From NCBI RefSeq assembly GCF_001194135.2, contig NC_068989.1:28104521-28160476 (forward strand): 55,956 nt of DNA. Reading direction: 5' to 3'. This document shows positions 1-13,341 of this stretch, piece by piece. Position numbers and translations under genes: made by a program. Source of the DNA: Octopus bimaculoides (lineage: Eukaryota). A model generated the notes under the pieces. That model was given only the letters and a program-made list of their open reading frames with translations. It was not told where the DNA came from and did no database searches. The first letter of the stretch is position 1. Each line of letters opens with the position of its first letter.

Positions 1-89
1 TATATATATATCCTTTTCGTTTTTCTCCCCCTTCAGTGACCTCAACTTATATTCAATACATAAGAACACATTTAATATTATTTAATGGT

Positions 90-322
90 AAAGCGGCGAG
101 CTGGCAGAAACGATAGCGTGCCGGGCGAAATGCTTAGCAGTATTTCGTCTGTCTTTACGTTCTGAGTTCAAATTCCGTCGACTTGGCCTTTCATCCTTTC
201 GGGGTCGATAAATTAAGTACCAGTCACGCACTGAGGTCGGAGTAATCGACTTAATCCCTTTGTCTGTCCTTGTTCGTCGTCTCTATGTTTAGCCCCACTG
301 TGGGAAATAAAGAAGTAGATAA
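90..322 (+). mobile_element. tRNA-derived SINE, family A (GGCGAGCTGGCAGAA head), full length with 11-bp TSD
   Basis: A-box-like TGGCAGAAACG and B-box-like GAGTTCAAATT, then central GCCTTTCATCCTTTCGGGGTCGATAAATTAAGTACC. TATTTAATGGT flanks both sides (79-89, 323-333). More than 10 homologous copies in this window. Confidence 0.85.
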
Positions 323-745
323 TATTTAATGGTGAAAATAAATTTTATTCTGTGAAAGTGCACAAGTGAAAGGATATATGCTTTGTATATACATATATTG
401 CGTGTGTGTGTATTATTATGTATTATGTGTTACTGTCGTCAATATTCTTAGATTTACAACGGAATTATAAGTACGAAAGTAATTGCTTGTATTCGTGAAA
501 AGAATTCATTTTTAGGAAGTTAGTTGTAATTATTAAAAAATATATTTGGAGGTGGAACCCACACAAGGGAATGATTCGAAACTCTCCCAAGCTTTAAAGC
601 TCAAGAAATTTATTTAAGAATGACGATCCATGTGCAAAGAGTTCTACTCTAAAAGGAAAATCTATAAAATTGATACTTTTAATATCTTGTTTCCTACATA
701 TGTGTGTGAGTTAGCACGTGTAAACGGTGTATATAATATATATAT

Positions 746-1666
746 NNNNNNNNNNNNNNNNNNNNNNNNNNNNNNNNNNNNNNNNNNNNNNNNNNNNNNN
801 NNNNNNNNNNNNNNNNNNNNNNNNNNNNNNNNNNNNNNNNNNNNNNNNNNNNNNNNNNNNNNNNNNNNNNNNNNNNNNNNNNNNNNNNNNNNNNNNNNNN
901 NNNNNNNNNNNNNNNNNNNNNNNNNNNNNNNNNNNNNNNNNNNNNNNNNNNNNNNNNNNNNNNNNNNNNNNNNNNNNNNNNNNNNNNNNNNNNNNNNNNN
1001 NNNNNNNNNNNNNNNNNNNNNNNNNNNNNNNNNNNNNNNNNNNNNNNNNNNNNNNNNNNNNNNNNNNNNNNNNNNNNNNNNNNNNNNNNNNNNNNNNNNN
1101 NNNNNNNNNNNNNNNNNNNNNNNNNNNNNNNNNNNNNNNNNNNNNNNNNNNNNNNNNNNNNNNNNNNNNNNNNNNNNNNNNNNNNNNNNNNNNNNNNNNN
1201 NNNNNNNNNNNNNNNNNNNNNNNNNNNNNNNNNNNNNNNNNNNNNNNNNNNNNNNNNNNNNNNNNNNNNNNNNNNNNNNNNNNNNNNNNNNNNNNNNNNN
1301 NNNNNNNNNNNNNNNNNNNNNNNNNNNNNNNNNNNNNNNNNNNNNNNNNNNNNNNNNNNNNNNNNNNNNNNNNNNNNNNNNNNNNNNNNNNNNNNNNNNN
1401 NNNNNNNNNNNNNNNNNNNNNNNNNNNNNNNNNNNNNNNNNNNNNNNNNNNNNNNNNNNNNNNNNNNNNNNNNNNNNNNNNNNNNNNNNNNNNNNNNNNN
1501 NNNNNNNNNNNNNNNNNNNNNNNNNNNNNNNNNNNNNNNNNNNNNNNNNNNNNNNNNNNNNNNNNNNNNNNNNNNNNNNNNNNNNNNNNNNNNNNNNNNN
1601 NNNNNNNNNNNNNNNNNNNNNNNNNNNNNNNNNNNNNNNNNNNNNNNNNNNNNNNNNNNNNNNNNN
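746..1666. other. Assembly gap (N run). Other gaps: 2445-3388, 12151-12240, 14861-15030, 42982-43488, 48402-49128, 54941-55040
   Basis: N runs seen directly. Most abut (TA)n, (TG)n or (CA)n tracts. Confidence 0.99.
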
Positions 1667-1754
1667 AACAATTTAAATATATACTCTAACTATGTAACAC
1701 AAGCCTTCTGTAGTTTTTCACTCTTGTTTATCTTTTATATATATATATATAATA

Positions 1755-2170
1755 CAGAATGCGACAAGAACACAAAACATCCAGACAGTTAGGTGATACA
1801 AGAAAGGGACAAAACATCCAGATAGACGATACAAGGAAACACGGACAGGTCATTCGGAGTTTTCTTTCTTCAGTCGAGATCCAGATTATCCTTACAATTT
1901 CGCCTGGTTATTGTCGATATTGCTCCAATCTGGCCAGCCCCATGGAAAAACTAAGCTAAGAGCATTAGATTCCTTGGAAGAAAGCAGCGAATGTCTACAA
2001 AAACAAGGACGGAAAAAACGTACAATGTTACACAAATACAGTAGGAATAATAACGGGACATAACAACAGATGTCTTTCGACTAATGACGAATAAAATTAA
2101 GCTGGCATATAAGGAAATAAGGCCTTACTGCTGGGATACAAGATTTCACATGCACAGGTAGAAATAACGA
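1755..2170. mobile_element. Unclassified interspersed repeat anchored on a (TA)n tract, possibly Penelope-like non-autonomous
   Basis: Starts directly after (TA)n and has an internal ~39-bp duplication (ACAAAACATCCAGA twice). Architecture resembles 32187-32640 and 42170-42660. Classification is inference. Confidence 0.35.
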
Positions 2171-3388
2171 TGTTGCATGCACAACAGCAGCCCAAAAAAG
2201 TAAGGTCAGGCTTGGCTGAACAGCGGTCACGTGGGAAGAGAAGAGAGAGAGGGGTAGAGGCAGAGGGACAAAGGAATTAGGGATGGGCGAGAAAAAATGA
2301 CTAGGATACAGGGAAGTGAAAAGTGGAGGAAGAAGAGAAGGCAAGGAAATGTGAGCGAAGGGGAACGAAAGAACGAAAGATTTAGAAACTGTGTACTTAC
2401 ATATAAGAGACAAAGTGTACGTACGCCGCTATATATATATATATNNNNNNNNNNNNNNNNNNNNNNNNNNNNNNNNNNNNNNNNNNNNNNNNNNNNNNNN
2501 NNNNNNNNNNNNNNNNNNNNNNNNNNNNNNNNNNNNNNNNNNNNNNNNNNNNNNNNNNNNNNNNNNNNNNNNNNNNNNNNNNNNNNNNNNNNNNNNNNNN
2601 NNNNNNNNNNNNNNNNNNNNNNNNNNNNNNNNNNNNNNNNNNNNNNNNNNNNNNNNNNNNNNNNNNNNNNNNNNNNNNNNNNNNNNNNNNNNNNNNNNNN
2701 NNNNNNNNNNNNNNNNNNNNNNNNNNNNNNNNNNNNNNNNNNNNNNNNNNNNNNNNNNNNNNNNNNNNNNNNNNNNNNNNNNNNNNNNNNNNNNNNNNNN
2801 NNNNNNNNNNNNNNNNNNNNNNNNNNNNNNNNNNNNNNNNNNNNNNNNNNNNNNNNNNNNNNNNNNNNNNNNNNNNNNNNNNNNNNNNNNNNNNNNNNNN
2901 NNNNNNNNNNNNNNNNNNNNNNNNNNNNNNNNNNNNNNNNNNNNNNNNNNNNNNNNNNNNNNNNNNNNNNNNNNNNNNNNNNNNNNNNNNNNNNNNNNNN
3001 NNNNNNNNNNNNNNNNNNNNNNNNNNNNNNNNNNNNNNNNNNNNNNNNNNNNNNNNNNNNNNNNNNNNNNNNNNNNNNNNNNNNNNNNNNNNNNNNNNNN
3101 NNNNNNNNNNNNNNNNNNNNNNNNNNNNNNNNNNNNNNNNNNNNNNNNNNNNNNNNNNNNNNNNNNNNNNNNNNNNNNNNNNNNNNNNNNNNNNNNNNNN
3201 NNNNNNNNNNNNNNNNNNNNNNNNNNNNNNNNNNNNNNNNNNNNNNNNNNNNNNNNNNNNNNNNNNNNNNNNNNNNNNNNNNNNNNNNNNNNNNNNNNNN
3301 NNNNNNNNNNNNNNNNNNNNNNNNNNNNNNNNNNNNNNNNNNNNNNNNNNNNNNNNNNNNNNNNNNNNNNNNNNNNNNNNNNNNNNNN

Positions 3389-3420
<32 letters not shown>

Positions 3421-4246
3421 TTGCAGATCAGTTCTAACATATTTAGTTGATTATTTAATGATGTCCAACAAGACTGATTTTTAAAACTTAAAAATTTAAA
3501 GTAGCACAAACTCCGATAGTAGCGTGCAGTGCTCAAAAACATTACTTGTAGTCCAACCTGGAAACACTAGCCTGGTTAAATATTTTAAAGAGAAACAGGA
3601 TTGGTTGGAGAAACAATTATTATAGTGCAAATGAAGCTCAGTTCAGATAATCAATAATTTCTAATTAAACAGAATGCCGTGACTGAAAGGGAAATTCAGT
3701 TGTGCAATATATAATTATATGTATTTTAAGTTGTCGGTTCTTCATAATCTGCAAGTGAAATGAAGTAAGAAGTTTTGGTGTTCATCTCGTCGTTTGCGAA
3801 ATAAATGTAAGTAGTTATAATCAGAATTCAAAGTTGAGTCTATTCGTTGAGCTTACTCGTTACATGTCGCATGTTTAGAACTAGCAATACTTTTTCTGAG
3901 AATTAGACAACATTCCACCTGAAGTAAGGATGGGCAGAGATGCAATATTCTAGTGTTTTTTCATATATACATCAATTTAGTTTACAAAGAAATGGTTTCT
4001 TGAGTTCATAATTTATAACACAAGTTATTAGTATAAATTAGCCAATAGCCCAGAGGACAAGAATGTAATTGATTTTTATTCTTTCATGAATAATTTGGCA
4101 ATATAATTCATTTACGTATACATAGTAACACTTAAAAAAATGAATGCCTTTCTTGTAGAAAATTATGCCATAATACTGGAACAACATAAAGAAATAATTA
4201 AAACAGCTATTTAGTAAAATTAGAATTATTGGTTCTCTTATAAGTA

Positions 4247-4478
4247 TCTTCTGAATCAGACTCCGTTGAGATTTGCGCTTCGATAAACCACTAAATTGTA
4301 TGAGCACATCTCCCTACACACATGCACACACACACACATGGACACACACACATCTATCTACGTGTATGTATGTGTGTGTGTCAGGCTCTTTGTGTGTCTG
4401 CATGTGTGTAGGGAGATGCGCTCATACAATTTAGTTGCTTATCGAAGTGCAAATCTCAACGGAGTCTGATTCAGAAGA
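4247..4478. repeat. MITE-like foldback with 80-bp inverted arms
   Basis: 4247-4326 is the reverse complement of 4399-4478 with 4 mismatches. The spacer is CA/TG-rich. Confidence 0.9.
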
Positions 4479-4488
4479 AAGAAAGAAG

Positions 4489-4590
<102 letters not shown>

Positions 4591-4978
4591 CAACGTTGTA
4601 ACGCCATAACCTGTGCAACAGAAGACCTTTTATTTAATGTGTCAGATGGTCACTACAAAAGGAATATGATGACTGTCCGCAAACTTTTATGCGCCAAACT
4701 TGTCTTGGGACAGAAGCGTTAGCACTTGACAGCACGTACAAGCAACTAATACAAGCAGAAATTCAAAGAGAAAAAAATTAAATGACTTAAAAATTAATCA
4801 GGTTGACACAAACTCGCCCTCCTCACGTGAAAACAGAAAGTGAAACATTTAAAGGAACTGAAAATGAGATTCAGATAGTTTAAATATGGAATTATTTCTT
4901 TTAAATGCACAGCGATTCATAATAATAATTATTATTATTGTTATTATAGGATTAAGGTTGTTACTCTTCTTTTTCTGC

Positions 4979-4979
<1 letters not shown>

Positions 4980-5075
<96 letters not shown>

Positions 5076-5197
5076 TAGATAGATAGTTGCGCTTTTTGTC
5101 ATTGAGTTGGCCGTAGTGATGGATTACGTCAGCTATGTTTACCTTAGTGATGGAATTTGGCAATCGTATACAAAGGTTAAGAACTCATCTATCTCTC

Positions 5198-5261
<64 letters not shown>

Positions 5262-5264
5262 TAT
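4980..5264. repeat. Two (TTA)n microsatellites (about 4980-5073 and 5198-5264)
   Basis: Direct inspection. The second abuts the 3' end of a Dong-like element. Confidence 0.97.
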
Positions 5265-5925
5265 TGTCTTTGCACAGCTTCTAAAGCTGGAGATGTAATA
5301 CGGTGCCAGTTGTTCACTATCAGTGAACTAAGGTAACACTCCTTATTTTACGAGCACCATCCTGGGTATTTAGAGCGGTTCAAAGCAGTGCTGTTTTCTG
5401 CAAGTACTCCATCCTTGTTACAGCCTCTATTTGTTTCATGTACTTCTAAAAGGTTTAGCTCACTGTTCCAAGCTAACCTTCCAAGCTAACCTGTCATGTC
5501 TCTCGACTTTTCTTTCTTCCTTATCGCATACCTTGTTGTCACCTGGGCATGCTATATTCATGATCCAGTTTCGTTTGCACTCTTTCTCAAATAACATTAT
5601 TACTGGTTTCCAGTTCTCTATTTCATGGTCGCACTGAATCATAAAATCCCATAAGATCTTTGCATTATCATTTTCGGTGATTCCTTCGGTTTTATGTTCG
5701 TACCACTTATTTGCTCCGTCAAATCCATACTTGTTGCAAATTGTCCAATGGACAATCCTTGCTATATTATCATGACGTCTCTTATATTTTTTCTATGACA
5801 GTGGCGTACATTGACGGTTTCACCATTTTGTTCACAAATTCTGCACTTATCACTTTCTGATGGGTTGTCTATTCTGTATTTGATGTAATTTGTTCTTAAT
5901 GCTTGCTCTTAGGCAGCACAGATTA
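5265..5925 (-). mobile_element. R4/Dong-clade non-LTR retrotransposon, 5'-truncated 3' end (CCHC knuckle, RLE domain, 3' UTR)
   Basis: Minus strand reads ALICAA*EQALRTNYIKYRID..DKCRIC..YKRRHDNIARIVHW..KILWDFMIQCDHEIENWKP..IACPGDNKV, typical of the RLE-clade C-terminus. Ends in (TAA)n. Confidence 0.9.
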
Positions 5926-6780
5926 GAGCTGGGGTTGTTGGCGGAAGTTTATTTCACTGGATAATTGCTGTATAGACTGTGTTTTGTGTTTGTGGGTTGT
6001 TTTGTTTAGGTTGTATTATTGAATTGATAGTGTCTTGCGTTGGATGTGGGCTCTTCCTAGCAGGGCTATTTTTGGGATAGTCTGTAGTTTTAAGGATCTA
6101 GATATAGTTTTTTACGTTTTGACAATAGCATTACGTTCAGTGTTTAATATTAGTGTTAACTTTTCTGTAATATTCTCTCCTAATTTTCTCTTTCATTTCT
6201 TTGTTGAATTTTAGCTGTTTTGTCTATTCATAGATATTTGTATGGGCGACTGTGATCTAATTCTCTGATTTCTGTGTCTATGCTAAGTGCAGTGCTTCGA
6301 AGACTGATTAATTTGCCTCTTCTCAGTGTGACTTCAAGACATTTGTCCAACCTCATATTCATTCCGTGTCCATGCTGAAACTATGGACACTTTTGAGGTT
6401 TCTCTGTCCATTGTGCTTTCTGAGAAACTTTTTTAGTGATTCATGTACAGGACATGGTTTATTGTTTATCCATAGCCATGATAGTTTCTTAATAGTTATC
6501 ACTAAGCCAACATGGCAGTCCCAAAAATAGGACGAACGCTGCCGTTGATTAACTCCAAGAGGCCATCGCCTGTAGCTAGCTATGTGACACATGAACCTAT
6601 GTCCATAATAACCTTCGAGCAAGGGAGGTCAGCCGCTTCCCCTTGCTGGTCTGGCATCTACAAATTAGTTTCAGGATATTGCCTCTTGTCAATGTCGAGC
6701 AGCCGAACTCAGCAGGCGTCACTACTGACCGTCTGTACGAAGAATTATTTACCTAAATTCAGTGGAATACATCCACTGGT
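5926..6780 (-). mobile_element. Second R4/Dong family, internally deleted remnant (late RT/thumb joined to extreme C-terminus)
   Basis: Minus strand reads VHSFSMDTG..LDKCLEV..RRGKL..PYKYL..KEMKEKIRREYYRK, then PKIALLGRAHIQRKTLSIQ*, matching the end at 38389-38610. The upstream part is not assignable. Confidence 0.7.
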
Positions 6781-6792
6781 TTTCCCAAAATA

Positions 6793-6841
<49 letters not shown>

Positions 6842-7842
6842 TATATGTATATGTATATGTACATACATAACCAAGGACACTGGACAGTGACAAAATATGA
6901 AGAAACATGAAGAAAAACGCGAAGAAGGTTGATGCAAATAATGGAACGAGAAGAAAGAAACGAAAGCAAGAAAACTAAAATCCCTGTCCATGTGTTTGCA
7001 CCTGCTAAACATTTCAGACCTACAATTAAGCGGAGTACAAGGATAATCTCTTGAGGTATTTAATTACCTTTTATATTCTTTCGTTAAACACCGTCTAGAG
7101 TTAACTTCAGGCTTTATTCTGCTGAATTTGGTGAAACAACTACCATCTCAATATAATGAGGAAAATATTTGACAATGTCTTCCTCTATAATGTATAACCT
7201 TTTACCAATGTAACAAATTATTATTACAACTGTTAAGTCATCTAATACTATGTCTGTGGATTTGATTTTTGTACAACATGGCAATAACACGTTTATTACT
7301 TTTCACATCTCCTCGGGTTTATTTATTTATTTCTTGAATGTATATAAAATATACAAGCAAGAGAAGTGAACGCTCAACTACTACCGTGGTTGAATATATT
7401 CTTAAGTCCACCATTTTATCAATCACAGCAGCTTCCAAGCTTTACCACTAATTCAGTTCTCAACTAAATTGTAAACTGTTAATAGTTTTAAAGAGGACAC
7501 CTCCTCAGCTACACTTTGGCATAAATAGTTTGAGATTTGGTTCAGTAGAAAAAAGTTACATCAAAATATGTCAGACATCAAGTGGGCAGTAAGGCAGATA
7601 TTCATCTTCAACTAACATAAATTTTTAATTTTTAAATTAAAATTAAACTTTTCTTAGGCTTAAATGATAGAAAAATGCGTGAGGAGTTCAGAATCGTTAG
7701 TCGCACTGAACAAAAATTAGTAGAAAAACAGTTATGAGGTAAAATGTTACTAAATTTCATGTCAGTAAGTGAGGAAGTAAGAAGTAACGCCTAGCAATAA
7801 AAATAAAAAATATATTTCTAAAATTAATGCTTACATTCTAAG

Positions 7843-8130
7843 GCAGGGAGCTGACAGAAACGTTAGCATGCCGGACGAAATTCTTCGCGGTATTTCATCT
7901 GGCTTTACGTTTTCAGTTCAAATTTCACCGATGTCGACTTCGACATACAGATTATGTAATTAACTTTTTTAACTAAACACTTTCAAACTTTCGATACTGG
8001 TAGAATGTGTCACATAGAACAAGGTTTACTCTTAACGTTTTTGAAAAAATTTTGTATTTTAGAAGCGGTATTTCGTCTGTCTTTACGTTCTGAGTTTAAA
8101 TTCCGCCGAGGTAGAGTTTGCCTTTCATCA
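7843..8130 (+). mobile_element. Two partial family A SINEs (about 7843-7943 and 8062-8130) within a 210-bp tandem duplication
   Basis: GGGAGCTGACAGAAACGTTAGCATGCCGG head and GCGGTATTTCGTCTGTCTTTACGTTCTGAG body. Confidence 0.7.
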
Positions 8131-9704
8131 ATTTCAGATCTATTCAATTAGACGTACAAATTATTTAATTAATTTTTTTACACTAAACACTTTCAAACAT
8201 CCGATACTGGTAGAATGTGTCACATAGAACAGGGTTTACTCTTAACGTATGTGATAAAATTTTGTAGTTAAGAAGTTATTTCGTCAGAAGATACAGAGTG
8301 ACAATGGACAAATTCGTGTTTGATAAAATGCCAATACACGAAACTCTCAGCTTTCGACTTACTCTCTAACTTCTGCCGAGAGATGAGAACAGTAAAGAGT
8401 GATAAATTAGAAGAACTGGCATTCTTTGCTGCAATAATTTAAGTAAAACGTTTTTTATTCTTTACTATACTAGAAGTAATAGCTTGTTCAATACTTTTAC
8501 AGGTGTAATAACTTGTCCTGTACTTTTTCAGGTTTATAATCTTAAGAATAGTATTCATATAAGCGGGACATAGTGTGAAAAACGCTAGAAAATATAGTTT
8601 GAGCAACGTTTGAAACCATATTACTATGCCATCAAAGTTGTTAAAATTAAAGAGAAGGGTTAAAAAAATTGACAAATGAATTTTAGATAGCTACTATATC
8701 TTTGTAAACACCACAGCTTCCGTTTTTGATCTGTTAAGTGAGTTTTTCTTTAAGAGTTAAAGATAATTTTCATGCTTTATATTGTGTTCTACTTTTTCAA
8801 AGTCTTTTTACATTGATAACATGAAGTTGCCTTAGATATATATCCTTGTAAATTCTTTGTGAAGAAAAAATATTCTATAAAACAAATTGAGGAATAAACA
8901 AAGAAAAAATTTAATCTGATGGAAAATATTGTTTCTTTTTAAATGATTGTATCCAAGTTATGAAAGACGTTCAAGATCTACAGGAAGAAAGTGTAAGAAG
9001 TAATATTTTATAACAAAAAATACAAGGTGTATAAATAATTGAACGAAAATGTCACATGTATCAAGTTTAGCATCACATAAATAGACAAAAACAGTAGGAA
9101 GAAAGCGCAAGAAGCTCAAAAATAAAATTCCTAAATAATAAACATTTTAAATGAAAGAAAAATACATGATTAATTGAAAACGTTAGCAACTTAATGATGT
9201 GGATTAAGTAAAAAAAATCTTGAATATTATTTACAGAAATATAATACAAGATCTGAAATAAATAATTGAACGAAAATATGGAAATATCAAATCTAGCATC
9301 ATATAAATAAGCCAAAAATGTTTGAAGAATGCATAAACAGCTCCTGGAATAAAGTTCTTGAAGATTTTTTGCAGCAAACTTGATTTATAAAATACACTGG
9401 CTATTTAATGGATCAAATATGAAAAAAATTAATAAAGAACAACAAAACACTAATATCTGAGAGGATCTTCGACGCACTATCAGATTTTAATGTGTATTTC
9501 GATGTCGAAAGTATTATAGGAAAGAAATATGAAGCATTCCATTTGATTACATACACACGCATGTGTGTGTGTGTGTGTGCGTATGTATGTGTGCGTGTTG
9601 TATATGTGTGTGTCTGTGTCTCTGTCTGTGTCTATGTATGTGTGTATGTATGCATGTATGTATGTATCTATCTATCTATCTGCGTGTTTTAGTGTGTATA
9701 TATA

Positions 9705-10330
9705 GTTGCAACCTCCAGTGCAAGCAATCATGAACAATGCCTCTCCAGCGTTCAACAACAATATAAAGAATATTCATGTCTCTCTCGCAAGCTTTCCATG
9801 ATCCTCTCATTTGACACGGGGTGTGAGTGGAACAGCGACGTTGCTGAAGTAGAATGAAGAGGCACGAGCCAGGACCATTATTGGTGGTTAGTCGGTCAGT
9901 TCATTTGACGCCAGATGCCCGTCACAGGCTGCATTGGTGGAAGGCATTGAGATGCAGTGCATGTTTGAAGTCGAAACTCTGGGGATCACGACCGTAAAGC
10001 ATGTGCTGAGAAAGCAAGCTCTTCATACTACATTTGATATTTTATACTCTCCTATACTTTCATCTGGCTAGGTCTGAAGAGCCCTTCAGCATGTCTTTTG
10101 CTATCACACCCTATAGATGTTTATGATGGTGGAGCCGAGGTATGAAAACTCATAGATTACTTCCAGATAGGTAGTTCTTGATGGTAGGGCAATACGCAAT
10201 AAGTTGTTCTTGTAATTTCGTATTCTTGAAGCTGGTGTTAAAACCGAAGTCTTGATAAGTCTATTCAAAGCTGTCCATGATAAGTTACAATTGTTCCACC
10301 GAGTATGTTGCTCGTGTCGCATCATCTAGA
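9705..10330 (-). mobile_element. RTE-clade LINE remnant (late RT and C-terminus, internally deleted)
   Basis: Minus strand reads LEVIYEFSYLGSTII, LNAFHQCSL*R..G.K, LLQQRR and RDMN.L.I.VERW, resembling RTE ORF ends, with stops and frameshifts. Confidence 0.7.
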
Positions 10331-10363
10331 AACAACTTTTGCTGAGTACTTGCATATTTTCAT

Positions 10364-10422
<59 letters not shown>

Positions 10423-10649
10423 AGCGAGAGAGAGAGAGAGCAGTTTCATGTTTGATCTTGTAAGTACCATCATTTGACATTCCTAAGAACCTGCTTCAAC
10501 ATAACATCGAAGAAAATGCTGAACAAGTTCGAAAAAAATCAGAAGGTCCTCTTCACTTCAATAAGAATGCTGACAGTTTCTGAGGAAGAGCCATCGCACT
10601 GAATGAGACTTTTCACTCTGTGTCAAATGCATGAACAATCGTGAAAAAT

Positions 10650-10985
10650 TTCGGATCATACTCAGAAATTCGAAAGCTTTTGTAAGGTCAACAAACCAAC
10701 AGGAAAAGTAGCTAGTTAGGCAAGATCACTGATTGATTGTCGCTTGGTTTTCTATATATTGTGAGCTGGAGAGAATTCCTGCTATCTTTGGTGGTCGGGT
10801 GGTCACCACTGACGATGGGCACAAATAACCCGAAACCTTTCGGTCTGGTTATCCTGTCGTCAGCTGCAAGATGACAGAGTTCGCTTCCCTGCTTGCAATA
10901 TATACTATAGGCTCTTCCTGGCGTTAAAAACGGTAGTAACGTCGAACCACCATATTGATGTGGCGATAAACATTACTTATATACA
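10650..10985 (+). mobile_element. Penelope pseudo-LTR or retrozyme-like element carrying a hammerhead ribozyme
   Basis: Contains the hammerhead at 10805-10849 and ends in TA-rich sequence. Boundaries are approximate and the class is inferred from the known PLE-hammerhead association. Confidence 0.45.
10805..10849 (+). ncRNA. Type I minimal hammerhead ribozyme
   Basis: ACCA-CUGACGA-U-GGG-cacaaauaa-CCC-GAAA-CC-uuuc-GG-UC/UGGU. Full core, stem I ACCA/UGGU, stem II GGG/CCC, stem III ACC/GGU, GUC triplet with predicted cleavage after 10845. Confidence 0.8.
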
Positions 10986-11645
10986 TATATATACTATACT
11001 AGACTACCCATGATCCATTGGGTCACCGGGAAAGTCTGAGTTTCCCAGCAACAGAGTTTTGTTTCGTGGATTTTTTTTTAATGAATGTGACATTTAAATC
11101 ACGCGTAAGCAGCTCCTTTCTCCAGAAAAGAAAAGATTTGGCTGTTATATCTTGCACACCCTACTACCATGTAATAAGTATTTCATGTCCTTTATCGCAA
11201 ATAGCAGTTACGTGGTAGCAGAGCGTGCTAGAAATAGCAGCCAAATCTTTGGAAGGGTGAGATACGTTGAATGCACTCAAAAAAAACCTATGGAAAAAAA
11301 TTATTTCACACTGAGGTTACGAACAGGTCTTCCACGAAATATTTATGCCAAAATAATTTTAAAAACCATTAAAAATATTGTCTGTTTAAAGCTAAAATAT
11401 AGATACTTATCGTATAAAGAACTTACATTTTTGAAATCACATTCACTTAAAAATATTTCTGAATTATTAAAATATTGTGTGTAACGAAAGCGAGAATAGA
11501 AACATTTTTTGTTGTCAAGCTACTGTATAATCGAAAGGCAAGAGTTATTTCCCTTTCAGGATCAAGTTAATTTTGGGGACTTTTCCCATTTACGCGAAAT
11601 TTGTTTCATTGTGGTCGTATTTCCATTTCAGGGTAAGCTTAATTC

Positions 11646-13118
<1,473 letters not shown>

Positions 13119-13253
13119 AAATAAAAACTCTTCGAAACCAAATCCAAGTTAATTCATAGTATTTTCCCATTATGCGCAAGATTGCCTGAGTAACATTGCA
13201 AGCATGTATGCAAGATTCAATCTGACTTTTAATGCATTATAGCTATATATACA

Positions 13254-13285
<32 letters not shown>

Positions 13286-13292
13286 CGTGTGT

Positions 13293-13341
<49 letters not shown>

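Noticed and set aside
1845-1885. Hammerhead-like CUGAAGA...CGAAUGACCUGUC on the minus strand
   Set aside because: The core has GAAU instead of GAAA, stem II is weak and there is no stem I pairing.
630-3542. Long ORFs of 320-395 aa in the ORF track (also near 42.9-43.5 kb and 48.2-49.2 kb)
   Set aside because: They consist of X from N gaps plus translated (TA)n or (TG)n, so they carry no coding evidence.
3857-3918. Minus-strand 62-nt exon candidate with a good acceptor. Similar candidates at 21520-21585 (+), 27411-27455 (+), 40106-40158 (+) and 50042-50197 (-)
   Set aside because: Short open frames with AG/GT signals are frequent in AT-rich DNA. There is no recognisable homology or firm phase chain, so they are not called as features.
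10580-10615. CUGAGGA-AGAGCCAUCGCACU-GAAU hammerhead-like motif
   Set aside because: It lacks GAAA and a stem III/UH triplet.
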